A DNA stretch of 63,924 nt, the filler included, from Guillardia theta CCMP2712 (lineage: Eukaryota > Protista > Cryptophyta), in assembly GCF_000315625.1 (NCBI RefSeq). It is 3 parts of 3 records of this genome, joined end to end, with 100 filler letters (N's around TTAATTAATTAA, not from the genome) between each part and the next. Parts side by side here need not be neighbours in the genome. Positions count along the whole stretch, not along the records: positions 19,254 to 43,515 come from NW_005434556.1; 2 more parts are not named here. One strand, 5' to 3'. The position numbers were made by a program, and so were the translations under genes. Below are positions 27,019 through 36,500 of this stretch, piece by piece. Below the pieces are notes generated by a model, which was not told where the DNA came from, searched no databases, and worked only from the letters and a program-made list of their open reading frames with translations. Each line of letters opens with the position of its first letter. Positions within the stretch are counted from its first letter, which is position 1.

Positions 27019-27197
27019 GATGCTGGCGTGAAGCTTGTGAAGCGCTTGTAGCATGAAAGACTGGAAGAAGTGTCGATAGGTGGTGAGACGAGCTTGTAGG
27101 ATGGTTGCAGTGCTGATGTGAGTGCGGAGAGAGCGTGTTCACGACGAAGAGATGTCGTTAATGCAAGATAGGATGATCTCGGACTAAGTGAGTAAGG
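27019..27197 (+). repeat. ~180-bp dispersed repeat, copy 1 (probable degenerate 3' exons of the duplicated coiled-coil gene)
   Basis: Closely similar to 32998-33177; the frame KLVKRL(W>TAG)HERLEE is interrupted in this copy. Confidence 0.85.
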
Positions 27198-27660
27198 CAA
27201 GGTTGAGTTTGAAGATTGAAATATGTTAGAGAAAGATGAAGGGACTTTTCATTACGAGCTCCATGTCTGGAATGATGTAGTAGTTGTCAATTCTGAAGAA
27301 TACGATCTCATTGAAAGGTCCTCAGGTCTCGCTATCCAATCAAATCCAAACTGGGCATGTAGATGTGATTTGTGATGAGACATTTGCATACTTGCACACA
27401 CACTCTTTGTTGTACGGGTTGGAAAGATGTGAATGAATAAAAATATGAAACCATGTCATGTCAGTCATCATCATGCTACAAACAGGACAATTGTTGTTAT
27501 TTCATAGAGAAACATTGATGACAAAAGTTACTGTAGCCTTTCAGAACAATCTTACCCTGCTGCTAAATAAAGTCATTTTTCTTGAACCTGCCCATGGCGT
27601 CCGAGAGAAACGTTCGAACATGACGATGTATTGTCCTCAGACTCTGCACAAACATCAGTT

Positions 27661-28150
27661 TTAAGCTGAAGCAAATTGAGTTGAATCGACCTTCCTGATT
27701 GCATTAGAGCCAGAAGCCTGAAACCAGATAGCCTGATGCTGTAAATCCTCACTCGATCGGTCTGCCTCGATGGCTGCGAGCACGGCCTCGATGCCCCCGA
27801 GCCTCACAATCTTGACACTGTTGTCCGCGTTCAGGGCTAGGTTTCTTAGAGCTCCGCACGCCTCCTGCTGCACGGGCTGGCTGGTGGGATGTGCACGCAT
27901 GGCTGCGAGCACGGCATAGAGGTGTTGTCCGCGTTGCAAGCCAGGCTCCGTACTGCTCCGCACGCCTGCTCCTGTACGGGGTGGCTTGAGGAACAAGTCT
28001 GCATGGCTGCGAGCACGGCCTCGATGCCCCCGAGCCCCGCGATCTTGACCTCGTTGTCGTCGTTGACAGCAAGGCTCTGCAGCGCTCTACATGCCTGCTG
28101 CTGTACAGCCTGGCTGGCGGGATGTACACGCATGGCTGCGAGCACGGTCG
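27661..28150 (-). pseudogene. Armadillo (ARM)-repeat gene fragment, frameshifted
   Basis: About three to four 42-aa units (VLAAMRxHPxSxxVQQxACxALxxLAxNxDNxVKIxxLGGIEA). An internal deletion/frameshift lies near 27920 and there is no start. Confidence 0.8.
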
Positions 28151-28317
28151 TTTCATCTCTCCCCTCCCATCAGTTCACCATTCAATACAGTGACCCCGCG
28201 TTGAGCTGAAACTGGCCCGGTCAGAACGTGACTGTGACTCTGTGAGGCTCGGGGCCGCTTGTACTAGTAACTTCAGTCTCCCGGTGGCCCGGACTCCCGG
28301 CGTCCGCCGGAGTCACT

Positions 28318-30376
28318 GAGCAGTCAAGCCTCTGAGGCGGGTTTCCTGAGGCTGTCAGGTTCAACCGTCCGCGATGATGGGAGACGAAGCTACTTGAGGC
28401 AGGAGAGAGAGAGATGAACAGGAGAAGACAGGCAGCAGACAAGACGATGACCATAGGAGAGGAAAGAAAGCATGATAGAGCGCGCACCTGTCTAGATGAT
28501 CTTGTGAGAGCTGAGAGAGGCTGCTAGATGAACGAGTCGAGAGCCGCTCGATATCCGTCAGAGAGAAGAGTAGCGATGAGAGGAAACAACTCCCTCGACC
28601 GGTGAGCTCCTCGCCATCGTCTCATCTGCTGCTCACGTCTCCCAAGCAGCTCCCGCATGTCCTATGACTGTGTGACGGACAAGCGAAGAGCAAAGGCAAG
28701 CTGCCTCTCCAAGGTGACGCCTGCTCGCCCTCTCTTGGTGCTGCTGACGCACAAGCATCGCGAGCAGACGATCTCCGCGGTCCTCGCGACCGAGCAGGAG
28801 TCATGGTGGATGTCGAGGATACGCGAGATGTCGTGCAAGGATCTCAAGAGCATGGTCAGGATCTCAGCGCTAGAGCAACAGGTGACGAGGTCGACGGCTG
28901 TGGCGGAGACGATGCTGATGGGGGTGCTGCAGCTTGTGGGCGAGCAGACCAAGATGAAGATGCTGGAAGAGAAGCTGAGGTGCGACAGGAAGCTGCTTGC
29001 ACGAGCAATGCCGTGTGCTTGCTCTGTCTACAGGGCTGACATGCTGCTGCATGGCAAGAAGCGCTTGCCGGAGCTGACATGGCTGTACAGGTCTGCAGGC
29101 CTGCAGGCAGAGGAGAACAAGTCGTTTGACATGACTCAAGTGCTGAAGATGCAGGAGGAGTGAGTTGGTGGCGGCAGGGGTGATAAGCTTGTGATGGCGA
29201 GGAATGATCAGCCGTCACAAGCAAGAGATGAAGAGGCTGCGAGAAGAGTCGCAAGGCCGCGTCGCTTGTCTCAAGGCGAGTCTGCGCTCCTTGCGCGCTG
29301 TGCGGCGACTTAGCTGGAGGAGGGCGAGAGGGAGGAGATAGGCAGGAGATGAGGAGCAGGTGGAGAAGCAGGAGGAGGAGCAGTGGGTGGATGCTTGTAG
29401 AGCTGGTGACATGCTGGAGCAGAGCAAGCTGAGGGAGGTGAAGGCTTCAAACGAGTCGATGCAGCAGGAGATCGAGCGACTGAAAGGCCTCGAGCTCGAG
29501 GTCGAGCAGCAGACGTCAAGGTGCGATCGATTGCCGTTGCAGCCGTTAGTTCGAGGTTACGGCTGCAACAGAGGCGACGGGCTGGAAGAAGACAAGACAA
29601 GGCTGAATGGGAGGCTGGAGGAGATGGAGAGAGAGATGGAGAGCAGGAGGCAGATAGAAACGCAGCAAGGAGAGCAGATCGCAAGAGCTCTTCACGACCT
29701 CAACGTGACTTGACAAGTACACCGCACACCCCAGCTGACATGAGCGCGTCAGCTCTGCCGTCAGCAGGTCGAGGACCTGAGGAGCTCAAGCTTGTTGCAT
29801 GTGATACCTCATACTGCCTGTCTTGCTGGGCGAGATGCGCGTGTGAAGTTGCGTGTCTGCAAGGAACAAAAGCTGGAGGAAGCGGAAGAAGCGATGAAGG
29901 AGGTCGAACAGAAGCTACAAACATCAGAGAGCATGCGGGTGAGGTGGAGGAGAGGTGAAGGGTGCGGAGGATGAGACGAGGGTGTTGTTGGTGTGCAGGA
30001 GGTCAACGTAGAGGAGCTGGAGAAGGCGCGACAAGACAACCAGGTCTTACAGCAGAAGAATGAGATCTTGAGCAACGTCTTGGAGAGCTTGCAGGAGGAT
30101 ATGCGGGGGCTGCAGGTCTTGTGCGGGAGGAGAGGACATGTTGTTGTGGTAACGAGAGAGCGAAGGTGGAGTATGCGGAGATGAGGGAAGGGAAAGCTGC
30201 TTCAGACGGCAAGATTGTAGAGCTGGTAGAGTGTTGGGATGAAGAAAGGCTGTGGTGATGAGGGAGTGCTGTCAGATAAGACAGTTTGAACAAGAGAAAG
30301 ATGAGTATGCTGAGGCGATGGAAGAGAGACTGAAGGTGACGTGCAAGGAAGCATGAATGATGATTGTATGGATGGA

Positions 30377-30413
<37 letters not shown>

Positions 30414-30425
30414 GTGATGATGATA

Positions 30426-30472
<47 letters not shown>

Positions 30473-31225
30473 AATGTAGATGCAGATTCAGATGACGATG
30501 ATTACGATGATGATAATTCAAATGATGACGACGATGATGGAGATGATGTAGATGATGATGATGACGGAGATTATGATGATGGAGATGATGATGATTACAA
30601 TGCTGACGATGGGAGCAGCAATCTGAAGAGAGAATCTCCCAGACTTTGAAGGAACTACGTCAGGTACATGTCGTGTCGAGACTGATGTGCTCGTGGCCGC
30701 ACTAGCTGAACCACAGACAACAGAGCGAGAAGAAGATGTCTTCTTACACAAAGCACAACTCTCATCTTCGAGGTGAGGAGAGAGAGAGAGAGGTCAGGAG
30801 GATCGCGATGGATGACGACTACCATCACAGATGAGATCTCGTGTTTGACGCGTGCTCTCCATGTGCTGACGACATTGCAGCTCGGTGAGGAGGAGGGGAC
30901 AAGAAACCCTGGGGGAGGCAGGGAGGGAGAGGTAGAAGGAGGGCGAAGGTTTGAAACCTGTCTGCAGATGTGGACGAGCAGATTTCAAAGCTTGAGGGGA
31001 TGATTGTGAAACAGGCAAAGATATTCGACATGAGCGGGGGTGGAGCTTCAAGGCTTGACATTGTGAGCAGGAGGGATGGATAGAGAGCTTGAAGAACGTC
31101 TACGTGAGATCTAGTAGATGTCTTGGTGAGAGCTGATAGGTTGTCTTGCAGTCTTACCATCAGGCGAAATATCAGAACCTCGTCCGTGAATATCACTTGC
31201 TCTTCAACAGAGTCAGTCGTCTCCT
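28318..31225 (+). repeat. Segmental duplication, copy A (~2.9 kb)
   Basis: Near-identical, same orientation, to 40380-43393, including introns and the (GAT)n tract. Confidence 0.95.
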
Positions 31226-33170
31226 GCTCCTCCTCACTTCCACCAGTCCTTCTCCTTCTCGTCCATCCTTCTGCTTTCTCCTTCTTCTCCTCCTCCTCTT
31301 TCCTTTCNNNNNNNNNNNNNNNNNNNNNNNNNNNNNNNNNNNNNNNNNNNNNNNNNNNNNNNNNNNNNNNNNNNNNNNNNNNNNNNNNNNNNNNNNNNNN
31401 NNNNNNNNNNNNNNNNNNNNNNNNNNNNNNNNNNNNNNNNNNNNNNNNNNNNNNNNNNNNNNNNNNNNNNNNNNNNNNNNNNNNNNNNNNNNNNNNNNNN
31501 NNNNNNNNNNNNNNNNNNNNNNNNNNNNNNNNNNNNNNNNNNNNNNNNNNNNNNNNNNNNNNNNNNNNNNNNNNNNNNNNNNNNNNNNNNNNNNNNNNNN
31601 NNNNNNNNNNNNNNNNNNNNNNNNNNNNNNNNNNNNNNNNNNNNNNNNNNNNNNNNNNNNNNNNNNNNNNNNNNNNNNNNNNNNNNNNNNNNNNNNNNNN
31701 NNNNNNNNNNNNNNNNNNNNNNNNNNNNNNNNNNNNNNNNNNNNNNNNNNNNNNNNNNNNNNNNNNNNNNNNNNNNNNNNNNNNNNNNNNNNNNNNNNNN
31801 NNNNNNNNNNNNNNNNNNNNNNNNNNNNNNNNNNNNNNNNNNNNNNNNNNNNNNNNNNNNNNNNNNNNNNNNNNNNNNNNNNNNNNNNNNNNNNNNNNNN
31901 NNNNNNNNNNNNNNNNNNNNNNNNNNNNNNNNNNNNNNNNNNNNNNNNNNNNNNNNNNNNGAGGAGAGAGGGGAGGAGGGAGGGGAGGAGCAAGGAGGAG
32001 GAGGGAAGAGTAAAAGAACCAGAGCAGGAGGAGGAGAGGGTTTCTTTTTGACTTCATTTTATCTTCGCTCATGGTCGTTTGTCAGGAGTCTGCGCTACAA
32101 CGAGCTGCTAGTCGAATCTACACCCTCGAGATGGAGGTGAAGACGAAAAGATGCGAGAGGAACAGAGAAAGAAAAGGAAGAAGGAGGAGGAGGAGCAAAG
32201 ATATGAATACATGAATGATCAGGAAATGAAAGGAGCTGGAAGAGGGAGAAGAGAAGCCTAGAACTAGAGGATCAGCAGGACGAGGAGCAGGAGGATCAAG
32301 AGGAGGAGGAGGAGGAGAAGAGCAGCGGCAGCAGCAGTAGCGGCAGCAGTGGCAGCAGCGGCAGCAGCAGCAGAGGAGGAGGAGGAGAAGAAGCAGCAGC
32401 AGCAGAGGAGGAGAAAGAGCAGCTGCAGCAGCAGCAGCAGCAGCAGCAGAGGAGCAGCAGCAGGAGGCAGGGAGCAGGATTCCCTTCAGCTTGTCTGACC
32501 GCAATCTGACTTGTCATTCAGATTGCTGACCTGCGATCTCAACATTGCAGATGAAATCTTCAAGTCAACAATTTCTGATGCTATAGAGTGTAAATATCCT
32601 GAACAATGCTGCTGCTGCTGCATCATCATCACCATCACTATCTCCATCATCACCATCATCACCATCACTATCTCCATCATCATCTTCATCAACACCATCC
32701 CCATCACCATCATCATCATCATCATCCATCTTCACGTCGCTCCTTGTCGCTGCTTGTTGTCCTTGACACGTGAAGTGACATGACAAGGGTCAATCACATG
32801 CGATGAAGACGCGAGATAGTCGCGAGGATTCGCACTGACCTCCCCATCAGACTGGCAGATAAACACTCATCGTAGAAGACTCGCACAGAGTCCCTCGCCT
32901 CTCCTCTCCTCTCCTCTCCTCTCCTCTCCTCTCCTCTCCTCTCCTCTCCTCTCCTCTCCTCTTGCCCCCTCTCTCCTCTCCTCTCTTCTCCTTCTCTGAT
33001 GCTGGCGTGAAGCTGGTGAAGCGCTTGTGGCATGAAAGGCTGGCAGAAGTGTCGATAGGTCGTGAGATGAGCTTGTAGGATGATTGCAGTGCTGATGTGA
33101 GTGCAGAGAGAGCGTGTTGACGAGGTAGAGATGTCATATGATGCAAGATAGGATGATCTCAGACTGAGTG
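28576..33170 (+). CDS. Many-exon coiled-coil protein of unknown function (copy A; spans a gap)
   Basis: Short exons with GT-AG introns: DLKSMVRISALEQQ, TKMKMLEEKL, SKLREVKASNESMQQEIERLKGLE, EVNVEELEKARQDNQVLQQKNEIL, SYHQAKYQNLVREYHLLFN, ESALQRAASRIYTLEME. Limits approximate. Confidence 0.6.
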
Positions 33171-33177
33171 AGTAAGG
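32998..33177 (+). repeat. ~180-bp dispersed repeat, copy 2
   Basis: Matches 27019-27197; the frame KLVKRLWHERLAE is open; preceded by (CTCTC)n. Confidence 0.85.
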
Positions 33178-33504
33178 TGCTGTTGTGATGCAATACTTGA
33201 TCAATTGATGTACTAGATGTTGTCTGCTACAGAACATAGATGGGTAGTCAGACAGCAACTGAAGGAAACCATTGCAGCACTTCTAGAACATTCAACATCT
33301 CTTGCACAAGACTTTCTCATTACAACATGTAGATAAACAAATCACCTTGCTTTCTTTTTGTGAACCAAAACCAACCAGAAAATCTGAAGCCACTTGCTGC
33401 AAACCCTTGCTCGACAAGAAAGCCTTCATCGTCAACCTCGTCGTCGTTTCAAGCCAGATTCCATAGCGCTTGACACGCCTCCTCCCGTACCGGCGCCTAG
33501 AGGT

Positions 33505-36500
33505 TTAAACGCAGCTCCTAGTGGCTTGCGAGCGGCTCGAAGGGGCTTGAGAAATGGCTCCTCGTTCCTCCAGCAGTCGCCTGACAGGGCTCGAGAGCGT
33601 CTCATCGATGACGGCACCGCGACACATCAGCTCTCTCTCCAACGGCCCGAAGTCAGCTGACAGAAGCCAACGGCCATCCCCAGCTAGAGTCCACGTCATC
33701 ACATGACCTTGAGACAGACAGAACACAGACAGCCTCCTCCCGTCCGGCCCCCACGCAAGCGCATCGACTCCTCCCTCGCCTCCCTCCAGCTCCTCCCGCC
33801 TCCCCGTCTCGACCTCCCACACCCACACCCTATCCCTCGACCTTGACCTTCCGCCCAGCCTCCTCCCGTCCGGCCCCCACGCAAGCGCATCGACTCCTTC
33901 CTCGCCTCCCTGCAGCTCCTCCCGCCTCCCCGTCTCGACCTCCCACACCAACACCCTATCTCCATTGATCGACCTGCCCGCCAGCCTCCTCCTGGTCGGT
34001 ACTGGCACTCCTTCTGCTGACCATTCCACGGGTACCTTCTGCTCCTTTACCCATTCGAGTCTCGTCCTTTCATCCTTCTCCATGTATCGTCCAGTCAAAG
34101 CTATCCTCCCGTCCGCCATGAAGCTTATCTTCCCTATATTCTCTTGCCCCTTATCAAGCTCGAGGCAGCACTTCCCTGTCTCTATATCCCACACCCTCAT
34201 CCTCCCATCCTCTGACCACGACACCAGTCTCTTCCCGTCTGCCCTCCAGCTTAGTATCTTGATCTTGCTCCCATGCGATCCCAGCTCCTTGTCACACTTT
34301 CCTGTCTCCACATCCCATACCTGTATCCTCCCGTCCCTCCTCCCTGTCGCTAGAGCCTTCCCTCCCGGCTCGAAGGCCCCGCAGCTCACATCCTCGCACT
34401 CGATCCTCGTGCTCGCTCGATCCCCGAAGTAAGCCCCGTCCAGCTGAGCTCCCTCCAGCCTCGCCTCCATGAAGTATCCGTGACTCGCGTCCACCCCCGA
34501 CAGGTCAGCCCGCCTCAGGTTGGTGCGGTGGAAGATGCCGTTCCTCAAGATCGCCCCGGGCACTCGCACTCCCTCCAGGTCAAGCCCCGACAGAGCCTCC
34601 CCCGCCGCCACCAGGATCGAAGCCGCGTTCGCTGACGCCCGTCCGGCCTCCTCGCTCCCATCATCTCGCGACGCTCTCACCACCTCCACCAGCTTCTCCC
34701 TGTACTTGTCGCGCTTGCTCCGCACCACCATGGCGTGCTCCTTGATCGACTCGACCTCCTCTTGCAGCCTCACTAGCGTCAGACTCGCCGGTGCCCTCAC
34801 GCGCCCGTCCTCCTGCTCACGCAGCTGCTCGAAGGTTGCCTCCGCCAGGAAGAAGCTCCGCAGCAGGTCGTGCACGAAGCTTACCTCCAGGCTCCCGTCC
34901 TGCTTGTTCTCCTTCACCTGAGTCAGACAGCCTCGCAGCAGCCAGTACCCCAGTTCGCACTTCAACGTCCCTCCTCGCGTGGTCAAGCTGAAGGGCTCGC
35001 TAGACAGGAAGGCGTCTCCTTCCTTCAGGACTACAAGGCTCCTACCTTCCCTGTACATGTGAAGACAGAGCTGTTTAGCTGCATATGAGTACTTCTCCAT
35101 GTAACTCTCGTCGTTGATGCCCGCTTCCTTCGCCCTGGCTTCAAGCTCCGGGCTCTGCTTGAGCTTGGACCACTCGCGCCGGTACCACTCCTTGGCGTAC
35201 TCCTTGTACACGCAGTGCCGGTTGATTGTCCGTCCAGGCTTGGCCCTGCGCTTCTTCTGCAGCCTCGGAAGCACGAGCAGAAGCACCTTGAGCGAGTAGG
35301 GCGTGCTCACGATGCCTTGAAGCTCCGGCATCGACTTCATCGCCTCCTCGTACTTCTCCTTGCTCCAGCCCCCGCCCCTTGTGCTTTTCGCGTGCTGTGC
35401 AATGTACCGGCTCACTCCCTTCTTGTCGCTCAGGCTCATTGGATACACCCAAGCCACCAGCACAGCGTCTCTTGCTTCAAGCCCGCGAGGACAGAATAGC
35501 GAGACTGACTTGCCTTCCTCCTCCAAGTAGCCGCTCCTACACGTGACCACGACCTTGACGTCCCGGCAGCTCACCAGCTCCTCCAGCACCTCCTGCACCA
35601 CGTTCCTCTCCCCTCCCATCTCGTCGTATGAGTCCAGCACCACCATAAACGAGTCGTTCCCGCGTACCCATGCTTGCCATGCCCGCTCGTTGTCGAACTT
35701 CTCTCCTCCTGTATCCTCCAAGTACGCTCTGACGCTCGTGTACTTGGGTAGATGTAGGAACACTGGATATCGCTCCCCCGGCCTCCAGGCCACTCCCGCC
35801 TCGATCGCCCACCTCATCCCCAGTGTCGACTTGCCGGCTCCGGCCTTACCCAGCAGCAGCAGCACCTGCTTGTCCTCCCGCTCCATGAAGCGACTCAGGA
35901 GCTCGTCCGAAGCTTCTCCAGCTGTCGCTCTGATCTCAGGATTGACATCCGAGCAGTTGGTCTCTATGAAGCACTCCATCGCATCCTTCACGCTCTCCTC
36001 CTCCCCCAGCATGCTCTCGATGTCCTTCCATAGACGCCGCGGCAGCAGGCTGCATGCCCCGTGTACCTTAGCGATCTTGCCGGTCGACAGGTCTACCTTG
36101 TCGGCAAAGCCGTAGAGATGGCTGTAGCACCAGGCGTTGATGATCATGTTGGCCTTAGGCGGCAGGTAGGGGGCGCTCTCAGAGGAGACCTGGTGGATGG
36201 AGACGTTCTCAAAGTCTTCCAGGTAGAAGTCAACCGTCTCGTCCCCTGCTGTCTTGAGCTCTCCGCCCTCCCCGCCATGCGTCCCCGTGTTGACGTGGAT
36301 GGACTGACCTAGTCGGGTCATCGCTACCAGCACCTCCTTCACGTCCTCCACGCTCACTTCCTCCTCGCTCTCCCACACGTGCTGACCCGACGGGAGGCTG
36401 AAGACAAAGAACTTGCTGTTCTTGGAGGACTGAAGGACGTAACAACCTGGAGCGGTCTCGACCAGTCCGAGCTCTCGCTTATCCTCATACAGCTTGTACA

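Noticed and set aside
30341-30649. Poly-Asp / poly-His ORFs (also 42525-42821, 56763-57041)
   Set aside because: Translations of (GAT)n tracts; in the duplicated gene the tract lies between a GT donor and an AG acceptor.
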